Virus record (IMG/VR): IMGVR_UViG_3300032285_004073
Coordinates: 96,001 to 160,000 of that record
DNA: 64,000 bases
Source of the DNA: a virus
Direction: 5' to 3' (one strand)
Numbering within the stretch: position 1 is the stretch's first letter; every line of letters begins with the position of its first letter. Both the position numbers and the translations under genes were made by a program. Below are positions 37,335-46,752 of this stretch, piece by piece. The notes under the pieces are model-generated. The model saw nothing but the letters and a program-made list of their open reading frames with translations, was not told where the DNA came from and made no database searches.

Positions 37335-39343
37335 GCGTTTATACATCACCAGCAATTCAATTAACAACATATGCAGACCAAACTACGCAGATATATATGT
37401 CTACTGTTTATGCATTAGTAAGTTCTCAAGTTTTTGTAGAATATAAAAATCCATTTTTAAACAACAACAATCCCAGTTCTTATGTGTTACAATATATTAC
37501 AGATTTTGGAGAAGGAGATGTAATTTACTCCGACCCCTCAGACAAGGTATATTATAGTTATAAGAATCCAGGAACTTATTATGTATCATATTCTGCCGTA
37601 TTATATTCTAACACGGACAACACAACTTCCATTACACCTGCAAATTCGTTAGTACCATTTGTAATAGAAGCCTCCTGGAAACCTTTTAATGCCAATGAAA
37701 TAAGATATGCCAAAGATCTTATATTAAAATTTCCTTATAATTTAAATCAAATACAAATACAGCCTAATGAATGGGGTGTCAAAGATATTTTTAATACTGC
37801 TATAACTCGTTTACAAGATAATTTAAATTATTTATTATATAACACTAAAACTTTAAACACAAACACTCCAACAGAATATATTGGTTGGTTAGGAAACAAT
37901 TCCAATAGTAGAGGAAGTGGTATAAAATGGAACACACAAACATATAACCCTCTCTATTTAAACAACGCATCGTTAGCAACCACACAAGGATCTTCTTATT
38001 TTAATAATTTAAAAGACAGTGTAGAAATTTTAGATCGTATTTATGTGCTGGACGATACAAGTTTTAGAGCCTTTTATTCTTCAGCTGTACCAACAGAAAT
38101 AAAATTTTCTAATACTCAACAAATAGCCTCACTATTAGTAAATCCTTCATCATTAGATTCTAATGACTCCGGTGACACGGTTTATATATCGGATCCCCTA
38201 AAGAATATAGTATATAAATTCAACATAGATATTACTAATAATGAAATTAACGTACAATTATTTACAGGAGGTTTTGGCGGAGTTGCAGATCATGATAAAT
38301 TTAATTCCCCGGTTCAAGTATATTATTTTAAAGAAAATGTATACGTTTTAGATTATAACAACAAATGTGTTAAACAATACAATAAAGATTTAAACTGGAT
38401 ATATACCTATTATTGTGACGCATTTGAATCAGACCAACCAGCAAGTGTTACAGTCAATCCATCAACATCGGATGTTTATATTTTAAGTGAATCAGCTAAT
38501 GTGTATATATTTAAAAATTTAAATAGCAATCCATACAATTCATTTAGTGCTTTAGAAGCAAAAGACGGGACAAATTTAAACAAAATTATTTTTGATGATT
38601 CCGGGGATTTTTTCTACATATTATCAGTTAGTAATATATACAAATATTCCTATATTAATACATTTATAAATAAACTTAATATAGAAAACAACCCTTCCAT
38701 TAATTATATTAGCATTAATAAATCCACCAACAAATCATTTTTAATTACTAGTATTCATTCTATACTAAAAATACAAGATGTATTAGAGACATTTCAATTA
38801 GGCGGTGGATTACCTTACAATTATTGGACAAAAGAACAATTACTGGTTTCAGAAGATGAATTTTCATCCGATATTAATTATAATCGCTCTTTAATTAGAA
38901 TGGCTCAAAATGTCAAAACTTTTAGAGATACACTAAATGCTCAAATGGTTTTAGTACAAGCAGATATTCCTTACATTTCTTGGGTTCCTATTGATGTTTC
39001 CAATCAACCGCTTTTAGACTCTGATGTTGAAAACGAAACATTGGGTGTTGGTGTTAATGAATTACACGTACCCTCGGTTTTCAATAAAGAATTAGACAAA
39101 ATATATACTTCTTTATCCACTCTATTAAATTTTTTAAATATTAATAATGCTGTACCCGAATCTCAATGTTCTGGTAAATTTTGTTGGTCTTGGAAAGCAT
39201 TATCAACTTATAATATAACTTTACCTGTAGTTAGAACTTGTGATATGAATCCTACAAGCTACAAAGAATTATTAGGCGCGTTTCCTGTGGGTTATGCTCC
39301 TAGTAAAACTTGGGGTGAAGCTATCTCAAATTGTTGTAATTAA
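37331..39343 (+). CDS. Virion protein with PKD-like and NHL-repeat domains
   Basis: DFGEG..Y.YKNPGTYYV (PKD), FNSP..YVLDYNNKCVKQY (NHL); start taken at ATG 37331 (ATGA overlap). Confidence 0.65.
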   Translation: MSVYTSPAIQLTTYADQTTQIYMSTVYALVSSQVFVEYKNPFLNNNNPSSYVLQYITDFGEGDVIYSDPSDKVYYSYKNPGTYYVSYSAVLYSNTDNTTSITPANSLVPFVIEASWKPFNANEIRYAKDLILKFPYNLNQIQIQPNEWGVKDIFNTAITRLQDNLNYLLYNTKTLNTNTPTEYIGWLGNNSNSRGSGIKWNTQTYNPLYLNNASLATTQGSSYFNNLKDSVEILDRIYVLDDTSFRAFYSSAVPTEIKFSNTQQIASLLVNPSSLDSNDSGDTVYISDPLKNIVYKFNIDITNNEINVQLFTGGFGGVADHDKFNSPVQVYYFKENVYVLDYNNKCVKQYNKDLNWIYTYYCDAFESDQPASVTVNPSTSDVYILSESANVYIFKNLNSNPYNSFSALEAKDGTNLNKIIFDDSGDFFYILSVSNIYKYSYINTFINKLNIENNPSINYISINKSTNKSFLITSIHSILKIQDVLETFQLGGGLPYNYWTKEQLLVSEDEFSSDINYNRSLIRMAQNVKTFRDTLNAQMVLVQADIPYISWVPIDVSNQPLLDSDVENETLGVGVNELHVPSVFNKELDKIYTSLSTLLNFLNINNAVPESQCSGKFCWSWKALSTYNITLPVVRTCDMNPTSYKELLGAFPVGYAPSKTWGEAISNCCN

Positions 39344-39358
39344 AGGGACAATTTCTGG

Positions 39359-39434
39359 TAAATATTATTAATCAATTCAACAATAGTGACCAGCAATGGT
39401 TCTATGGGGCAACCCATTGGCTTGAGAAAGGATT
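39359..39434 (+). promoter_or_regulatory. Long structured leader: TAAATA, two tandem GCAA-tetraloop hairpins, AAGGA SD
   Basis: Hairpins at 39384-39404 and 39404-39417; 9-codon mini-ORF 39396-39425; AAGGA just before ATG 39435. Confidence 0.6.
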
Positions 39435-42400
39435 ATGTCTAATAGATTTCACTCAAAATTTCACCGTTCTAATCACCACACTTATACAAATAGTGCGAAC
39501 CCCGATGCAGGCCATGACCCTATAGCCAGTCCGGATTCACCTTTTTTAGGTGATTTTGTTTTAAAAGGAGGATTAAGTGCTTTAGTACCTTCAGGAAGCA
39601 AATACTCCGCTACCTTTTTAGGAGCTGGTGTTGGTGTAGGCACAATCACACCTAATACAAGCTTAACAGTTGTTGGATCTATTAGTGCTTCTAATAATAT
39701 TATAGTTGGTTATAATAACCAGGCAGTTGATACATCTAGTATTGGTGGTGGTTTTAATAATTCTATCAGTAGTCCATATTCTTATATAGGAGATGGTTCT
39801 AATAATTCTATTAGTAATTCTTATTCTTACATTGGTGGTGGTAATAATAATAATATTTCTGGAAGATATTCTTTCATAGCTGCAGGGTCTTCTAATTATA
39901 CCAATTTTCCAAATACGTTTATTTTAGGATCTGGGTTATCTGCTAATCAAGCGAATTTTACATTTGTTAATAATTTAAGTACACCCGGATCGGTCATTGC
40001 TAATAGTATATCATCTAGATTTATATATTTGTTACATAGCAATCCTAATGATGGTATTAATCCAGTTGTATTTTTAGGTGAAAACGGTAATGGGTCTTTA
40101 TCTGGTTTTAATACATCATATGATGAAATACAAAACAAATATTTCATATCTACATTTTTTGGCGACGGCTCTATAGTTCCATATACAACAGCCTTTTTAA
40201 TAGACCAAAGTGGTAATGTGGGTATTAATACAAATAGCCCTAACAATAAATTAACTGTTAATGGATCTATCAGTGGTTTAGGCAATCTTTATATTAATAG
40301 CAATGAATACATTACAGGTTCATCTTATGTTTCTGGTAATCAACTTTTAGCAGGATCCTCTTATATTTCCGGGTCTCAATATCTTTCTGGAGCTTATTCT
40401 GTTAAAGGACATATATATGCATCTGGATCTCAATATCTTTCAGGTTCATTATTCACTGGTAATAATGTAAGCATTAATACAACTAATCAAACCAATGCTT
40501 TAACGGTAAAGGGTTCTATTAGTGCTTCAGATACATTATATGGTAATACCATTAATTGTGCTACTTTAAATGCTACTACTTTAAATGCTACTAATGAATT
40601 TGTAACAAATAAAACCACAGTATATTTTTCATCATCTACTGGAAATTCTTTAATATTAGGAAATCAATTTAATCTCACTCCATTGACATTATCCGGTAAT
40701 GCAGTTTTATTAAACGCCTTTAATTCATCAACTCTTAATCCGGTGTTTTATATGACATCAAATGGATATGTTGGTATCAATACCAATAATCCTTCTGCCA
40801 ACCTTACTGTAGTTGGAAACATAAATGCTTCTAGTGATATAAGCACAAGTGGATCTTTATTAGCTTCTAAACCAATTGTAGTTTCTACTTCACCTACATC
40901 CAATTTAAATATAGCTCCATTATCTGCGACAGGTTCTGCGACAGGTTCTGTTTATAGTTCTATACAAAATATTGTAGCAGGTGTTAGTGCTAGCACAGAT
41001 TATACAATGTACAATGATCAAGGCAATTATTTGGATATTGGTATTAATAGCTCTCAATACAACGGAAATCTTTATTATCCTAAATTCAACATAGTAGGTC
41101 CTGGTGATTCTTATATATTTAATACAGCTAACAACATTGTTATGGGTACAGGATCTTCTTCAGGAAATCTTTTATTCTTTACAGGAGGCACTTCTTCAAG
41201 CAATGAAAGAATGAGAATTACCAATAGTGGTAATATTGCTATTGGAACTACAACAACTGATTCTAATTCCGTTCTTACCATTAAAGGTGATGTTTCTATT
41301 AACGGAAATCTTAGTTACAACAACAGTAATAATGGTCCGGTTATTAACGGATCTGTAAGAAACATTATCTTAGGTTCTGCTGGACAGGGATACTCTTCCG
41401 CTCCAACAATAACCATAGATCCTCCCACAGATGTTTTAGACAATAATATTCAAGCAACTGCAACGTGTACTATTAATAATGGCGCTATTAACTCTATAAC
41501 TATAACTAATCCGGGTCGTGGTTATATAACACATCCTAATATTACTATTTCTGGAGGAGGATCTCCGACTCAACCCGCAGTGATGTGGGCTATGGCAGAT
41601 GTTAGAGCTACATCTAACCCTAGAGGCAGATCTAGCTATGCATCAACAGTTTTATTTTCAGATGGTAGGTTATTTAGTGCTGGGTATAATAACTCAATTC
41701 CTAACGGATATTCTGTATCCGGTACTAGTTATGTTAATCCTGTAAACGTACCTATATATACTAGCTCTGATACCAATCCTTCATATTTTGTAATACCAGA
41801 AACTTATTCATTAAACACTCCAGCTGGGTATCAAAATATACCAGCAGGTAGACCCGTTGAATACTGGAATACAGGTGATCATTTATATGTATTAGACAGT
41901 AATGGAAATCTTTGGAGCGGAGGTGAAAATGCCAACGGAGAATTAGGATTAGGAAATAATACATCTCAATACATTTTAACTCGAATAATATTCAATCAAA
42001 ACAGTTCGACATACGGACAATTACTTAATACTAATAATCAAATTGTGAGATTTTCAGTTTCTAAGGATGCCGACAGATCCGGCAGAACATCTTGTATAGC
42101 TCTTGCAGCTAATGGCGCTATATATACTTGGGGTTATAATGGATGGGGTCAATTAGGAATAGTTAATTCCAAAGGAACATTAAATACAGCTGCTCATAAT
42201 TCACCGGTTTGTCTTAACAATTATGTAGGCGGAAACACTGGAGTAGGAGGTGGAACGTCTATAACAGTACCCTCAGCACCATCAGCTCCTTACGTATTTC
42301 CTAAACAATATAAAAACGTTTACATGATAGGAGATGGATATACAAGCTGTTCTTTTATATTAAAAAATGATGGTAGTGTACTAGCCGCGGGATATAACGC

Positions 42401-43217
42401 ATTTGGTCAACTTGGTATCGGTAATACAACTAACCCTCCTTCATTTACACCAGTATTATCCGCAGCAAATGCCCCAATAGGTAATGTAAAAGAAATTCAC
42501 GGTAATAGTTATGGTGGAGGTTATATAAGCTGTACATATTTCTTATGTAATGATGGATCCCTTTGGTCTACAGGTCATAATAGTTATGGTGCTCTTGGAC
42601 TCGGTGATACTACTCAAAGAGTGTATGCTACTAAAATTACAGCTTTATCAAATTATAATATAACTAAATTTAGGACTATGACTAGACAAGAAGATTATGG
42701 TTTTTGTGTTGCTAGTGATGGTACTAATATATGGACCTGGGGCAGAAACGATTTTGGTCAATTAGGAAAAGGTGTAGCTAATAATACTGCCAATCCGACT
42801 CCTTTCTTAGTTAATACTGTTCCTTTAAATTATTCCAATACCCCCAACACTACAACTTATGTAGGTAATGCCGCTACTACTTGGAGTGGAATTACTATTA
42901 AAGATATAGCCATTGGTCAAGCATGTTTTGCCATATTAACAAACAATGGTAAGGTTTACAGTTGTGGATATAATAAAGTAGGACAATTAGGATTATCTAA
43001 TGGTCTAGACTATGCTGCGTTTTTAACTCATGTTAATATACCGACAGATAATGCAGCTTCTATAGCGATTTGTGGACCCACTGTAAATCAATTTTTACAG
43101 ATTATCACATCTTCCGGCAAAATCTATGCTAGTGGTTATAATGGCCACGGAGAATTGGGCACTGGTGATACAGGAGGTTATTATTACCTACCCACTCAAG
43201 TTTACAAAGGGTTATAA
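39435..43217 (+). CDS. Long tail fibre-like protein with a C-terminal RCC1/BLIP-II beta-propeller
   Basis: 1260 aa; His-rich N-terminus, GGxxN repeats, GNVGINT..P...LTV.G fibre repeats, WGYNGWGQLG / GYN..GQLG RCC1 repeats. Confidence 0.8.
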   Translation: MSNRFHSKFHRSNHHTYTNSANPDAGHDPIASPDSPFLGDFVLKGGLSALVPSGSKYSATFLGAGVGVGTITPNTSLTVVGSISASNNIIVGYNNQAVDTSSIGGGFNNSISSPYSYIGDGSNNSISNSYSYIGGGNNNNISGRYSFIAAGSSNYTNFPNTFILGSGLSANQANFTFVNNLSTPGSVIANSISSRFIYLLHSNPNDGINPVVFLGENGNGSLSGFNTSYDEIQNKYFISTFFGDGSIVPYTTAFLIDQSGNVGINTNSPNNKLTVNGSISGLGNLYINSNEYITGSSYVSGNQLLAGSSYISGSQYLSGAYSVKGHIYASGSQYLSGSLFTGNNVSINTTNQTNALTVKGSISASDTLYGNTINCATLNATTLNATNEFVTNKTTVYFSSSTGNSLILGNQFNLTPLTLSGNAVLLNAFNSSTLNPVFYMTSNGYVGINTNNPSANLTVVGNINASSDISTSGSLLASKPIVVSTSPTSNLNIAPLSATGSATGSVYSSIQNIVAGVSASTDYTMYNDQGNYLDIGINSSQYNGNLYYPKFNIVGPGDSYIFNTANNIVMGTGSSSGNLLFFTGGTSSSNERMRITNSGNIAIGTTTTDSNSVLTIKGDVSINGNLSYNNSNNGPVINGSVRNIILGSAGQGYSSAPTITIDPPTDVLDNNIQATATCTINNGAINSITITNPGRGYITHPNITISGGGSPTQPAVMWAMADVRATSNPRGRSSYASTVLFSDGRLFSAGYNNSIPNGYSVSGTSYVNPVNVPIYTSSDTNPSYFVIPETYSLNTPAGYQNIPAGRPVEYWNTGDHLYVLDSNGNLWSGGENANGELGLGNNTSQYILTRIIFNQNSSTYGQLLNTNNQIVRFSVSKDADRSGRTSCIALAANGAIYTWGYNGWGQLGIVNSKGTLNTAAHNSPVCLNNYVGGNTGVGGGTSITVPSAPSAPYVFPKQYKNVYMIGDGYTSCSFILKNDGSVLAAGYNAFGQLGIGNTTNPPSFTPVLSAANAPIGNVKEIHGNSYGGGYISCTYFLCNDGSLWSTGHNSYGALGLGDTTQRVYATKITALSNYNITKFRTMTRQEDYGFCVASDGTNIWTWGRNDFGQLGKGVANNTANPTPFLVNTVPLNYSNTPNTTTYVGNAATTWSGITIKDIAIGQACFAILTNNGKVYSCGYNKVGQLGLSNGLDYAAFLTHVNIPTDNAASIAICGPTVNQFLQIITSSGKIYASGYNGHGELGTGDTGGYYYLPTQVYKGL

Positions 43218-43235
43218 TAAGGTAATTATATTATA

Positions 43236-43886
43236 ATGTCTTTTTATAGTTCTACCATATTATTATCAAACTCTAATACAATAAATGTTAGTAATTATGC
43301 ACCTTTTTATTTAAGTGTAGATCCTTCTGGAGTTACAACTCCTAATTTAGTTAGACAAATAGATTATATTTGGGGAGACGGTACTTCTCATTCTCAAGTA
43401 TTAAATCCGAACCCAACGAGTAATGGTGATCCCCGAAATTATATACAAAATAAACAATTTCTTTCCAAGGATCCGGTTTTATCAGTTTATTTAATAAAGG
43501 TTAATGTTTACACATTAGGGTCTTCAGATCCTATCACTTTTACAATTAACTTAAATTTACAAAATCCTCAATTAGAATCTAATAATATTTTTAATGAATT
43601 TCACCTTGTTAAAACAAAAATGTTTGGACCTGATAACCAGATGCTATATACATTTGAAACTCAAAATCCTAATAACATAATGATGTCTGTCGTTAATTGG
43701 AAAAATAAATCAGCGCCATTATCACTACCTAAATCACCTTTTGTGATTGAAAATAGACCTTATCAACTCACTCAACCTTTAGGATTATCTTCAACTCAAC
43801 CAGCCAAAGACATAACAATTGAAAATCCTGCAGATACACCACCCAATCCGGATTTTGGAACCTCAATAAAACGCTTATATCCTTAA
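43236..43886 (+). CDS. Hypothetical virion protein (PKD-like WGDG)
   Basis: 216 aa within the tail operon. Confidence 0.6.
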   Translation: MSFYSSTILLSNSNTINVSNYAPFYLSVDPSGVTTPNLVRQIDYIWGDGTSHSQVLNPNPTSNGDPRNYIQNKQFLSKDPVLSVYLIKVNVYTLGSSDPITFTINLNLQNPQLESNNIFNEFHLVKTKMFGPDNQMLYTFETQNPNNIMMSVVNWKNKSAPLSLPKSPFVIENRPYQLTQPLGLSSTQPAKDITIENPADTPPNPDFGTSIKRLYP

Positions 43887-43887
43887 T

Positions 43888-44571
43888 ATGAATTTATACT
43901 CTGATATTAACAATGCTGGTGAACTTTGGTTAAAAGATTTTCAAAGTAATATAAAACCAGCTTACAATTTACTTTCATCTATATTTATAAAATATAAAAA
44001 TAATCAAAATTTTTATCAAGATTTAAATTCTAATAATATTTTAAAATTTGATACTTTTTATGATTCACTTTTTATACAAACAAAAAGTGGATATATTTTT
44101 GAAAAAATAACAACAAAAGATAATGGCATTTTTCCTTATAGCCAATTTTCAACATTTACATCTTCAACTTCTACAAATAATATAGATTACTGGTTAGACG
44201 AAAAATCTAAAAAAGTATATTTTTCTGGATTTAATGATTTATTGGATTTCAATACACACAAAATTATTTTTTCTATATTTTTAAAAGAATTTAATTTAAA
44301 TGATGGAAAGATAAATGATTTATTTTCTCGCACCATAATTCTACCATTATGTTCCGCGCCTACATGGACCAATAGTAATGGGATAAAAGAGGACCCTAAA
44401 TTAACATATAATCCAGATACGGATTTATTTAATATTTCTTTTTTGATAAAAGATATCAATTTGAATATAGGATTAATAAGTGTTAATTTTGATACTCAAA
44501 AAATAGATGCTATAAACACTTTTATACCTTTTGTAGGATCGGTTGACATACCTAACATAACAATAAATTAA
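43888..44571 (+). CDS. Hypothetical protein
   Basis: 227 aa within the tail operon. Confidence 0.65.
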   Translation: MNLYSDINNAGELWLKDFQSNIKPAYNLLSSIFIKYKNNQNFYQDLNSNNILKFDTFYDSLFIQTKSGYIFEKITTKDNGIFPYSQFSTFTSSTSTNNIDYWLDEKSKKVYFSGFNDLLDFNTHKIIFSIFLKEFNLNDGKINDLFSRTIILPLCSAPTWTNSNGIKEDPKLTYNPDTDLFNISFLIKDINLNIGLISVNFDTQKIDAINTFIPFVGSVDIPNITIN

Positions 44572-44594
44572 TACATTAAAATTGCAGTTTTCTC

Positions 44595-44602
44595 TATAAA
44601 TA
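44595..44602 (+). promoter_or_regulatory. T4-type late promoter TATAAATA
   Basis: Exact consensus 6 nt before ATG 44609. Confidence 0.7.
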
Positions 44603-44608
44603 TATCAA

Positions 44609-46375
44609 ATGGCTTACACAAGAATTCCAAGTTTACCAGGTAATATTACAGTCGACGATGTCAATGATCTTTTAGCCATTGAACAGGATATTACTAGAAA
44701 AATTACACCATTAACTCTAGTAACTTCCACCGTTCAACAATTATCAACCACAACCGTATTACAGAATACAGACTTATTACCTGTATCACAAGGCGCCTTT
44801 AATAACATAACCAACAACGTATCCATAGACACGTTAATTAAATATATAGAACAAAATGTTCAATCTATTCAAGATTGTTTTTATGTCGGAACTTACGGAG
44901 TAGATGAAGATAATGATTTAGCCGGAAGAGGTCGTAACGAAGAAGCTCCGTTCTTAACCATTAAAAAAGCCGTTGCAAGAGTTGCTCAATTAAGAGCACA
45001 GGGTGATAATTCACCTTATACTATATTTGTAAAATCAGGAACTTATGTAGAACAAAATCCTATTTATCTCCCAGCTTATACATCCATCATTGGTGATGGT
45101 TTGAGAAGAGTCAGTATTAGACCAGCAAATCCTACATTAGATATTTTTTGGGTTAATAATGCTTGTTATATTTGGGGAGTAACATTTAGAGGTCATATGA
45201 GCCCTTCAGCTGCAGTAGCATTCCCCATTTCACAAGATGCATTAAACAATGTAGCGCCATATAATACTGATCCCTCACCTTATACATTAGCGTTTAATAA
45301 CGCATATAATTATCAAGACCCGACACATGTAAACAATTATGTAATAGATGCTTCTTTGTATCAACGTAATCCTATTATAACAGTTAGTCCTTACACTCAA
45401 GGTTGCACCTCTTATGCAGAACAGTCTTATACAAGAGGAGTAGGAAATAATGATGCCGGGTGTGGAATGAGAATAGACGGAGCCTTGGTAAATGGTCCTC
45501 TTCCGGATGGTGCAGGTATAAGAAGTATGGTTATTGATTCCTTTACTCAGGTTAATCAAGGAGGTAAAGGTATACATCTCCTCAATCATGGTTATGCTCA
45601 ATTTGTTAGTACCTTTACAGTTTGTACAACAGAAGGAATTTTAGCAGAAAGTGGTGCAACTTGTTCTATCAGTACTTCTAATTGCACTTTTGGATTGTCT
45701 GGTCTAGTAGCTAGAGGAATGTCCAAAACACCAATATTATCTGGTATTTTTGCAGGAGGCGGATCAGGTGTTAATTCTTTCTCTATAACCAATGTAGGAC
45801 CGGTTCCTATTAACAACAATCAGATCATAGCACAATTACCTTATCCCGGATTAGCTTTCACTGTAGGAGATAACTCCATAATACCGTCTTCTGGTGCAGG
45901 GTATTCTGGTATAAGTGAACAAACAATAAGTCCTATTAGTAAGACTAATAGATTATTAAATTTCTTTATTAATAATCCAGTAGTTAAAACTGGTAATAAT
46001 ACTTATAGAATAGATTTGGATAATAATATAGGTGCAAATCTAGGAGCTTATGTAGGCCAAACTGTAAGATTCTATGCAAGAAGTGCTATAGCAACCGGAT
46101 CTCACACCTTTGAATATATGGGTTGTGGTACCAATATATTAAGTGCTCTTCCTTCTCATGGTGGACAAGTAAATAATTCCAATGAAGTAGTGTATGATGG
46201 TTTATACGACACTAATGCCCCTGGTATAGTTTACTATACAAGTTCTAATGAAAAGGGTAATTTTAAAGTAGGTCCCAATTTTACTATTGTACAAAGTACT
46301 GGTACTATTGAAGGAGATACATTTAAAAGATCTATTTTAACTTTAGTTACTCCATTAACGATAGCTTTGGAATAA
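44609..46375 (+). CDS. Pectate-lyase-like beta-helix tailspike/structural protein
   Basis: FYV..G.D.N...G.....PFLTIKKAV, TIFVKSGTYVE.NPI.LP...SIIGDGLR, SMVIDSFTQ.N.GG.G. Confidence 0.7.
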   Translation: MAYTRIPSLPGNITVDDVNDLLAIEQDITRKITPLTLVTSTVQQLSTTTVLQNTDLLPVSQGAFNNITNNVSIDTLIKYIEQNVQSIQDCFYVGTYGVDEDNDLAGRGRNEEAPFLTIKKAVARVAQLRAQGDNSPYTIFVKSGTYVEQNPIYLPAYTSIIGDGLRRVSIRPANPTLDIFWVNNACYIWGVTFRGHMSPSAAVAFPISQDALNNVAPYNTDPSPYTLAFNNAYNYQDPTHVNNYVIDASLYQRNPIITVSPYTQGCTSYAEQSYTRGVGNNDAGCGMRIDGALVNGPLPDGAGIRSMVIDSFTQVNQGGKGIHLLNHGYAQFVSTFTVCTTEGILAESGATCSISTSNCTFGLSGLVARGMSKTPILSGIFAGGGSGVNSFSITNVGPVPINNNQIIAQLPYPGLAFTVGDNSIIPSSGAGYSGISEQTISPISKTNRLLNFFINNPVVKTGNNTYRIDLDNNIGANLGAYVGQTVRFYARSAIATGSHTFEYMGCGTNILSALPSHGGQVNNSNEVVYDGLYDTNAPGIVYYTSSNEKGNFKVGPNFTIVQSTGTIEGDTFKRSILTLVTPLTIALE

Positions 46376-46390
46376 TTATATATAACTATT

Positions 46391-46744
46391 ATGGCAAACT
46401 ACCCACTTAATTATTTCTTAAGAAAATCTCAAGCTGTAACAACAATTCCTACAATTGTTTATACAGTACCATTTGAAAGAGCTGGTATTCTCATTACAGC
46501 TTTAGCTAGTAATTTAACAAATACAACCCAGACAGTAAATGTATCATTATCGACTACTTCAGTAGCTGGTAGTAATTTCGATATTCTTAAGAATTTTCAA
46601 TTACCTCCTAATGATACAACCAATGTAGTAATTAATAAATTAGTCTTAGGAGAATACGATAATTTTATTATATCAGCACCCAATGCTCCCTTGGGATCTG
46701 TTAATATTACTCTTTCAGTATTAGAATCGGTTAATACCCGATAA
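46391..46744 (+). CDS. Small beta-sandwich virion protein
   Basis: 117 aa; IVYTVP..., ASNLT, KLVLGE.D, ITLSVLE; this type typically follows the beta-helix gene in T4-like phages. Confidence 0.6.
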   Translation: MANYPLNYFLRKSQAVTTIPTIVYTVPFERAGILITALASNLTNTTQTVNVSLSTTSVAGSNFDILKNFQLPPNDTTNVVINKLVLGEYDNFIISAPNAPLGSVNITLSVLESVNTR

Positions 46745-46752
46745 CATTAATC

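Noticed and set aside
39384-39434. Known riboswitch (c-di-GMP-I, preQ1, fluoride) in the fibre leader
   Set aside because: It lacks the conserved cores as I recall them (GEMM P2 context, preQ1 A-rich tail pseudoknot, crcB motif); kept only as an unclassified structured RNA.
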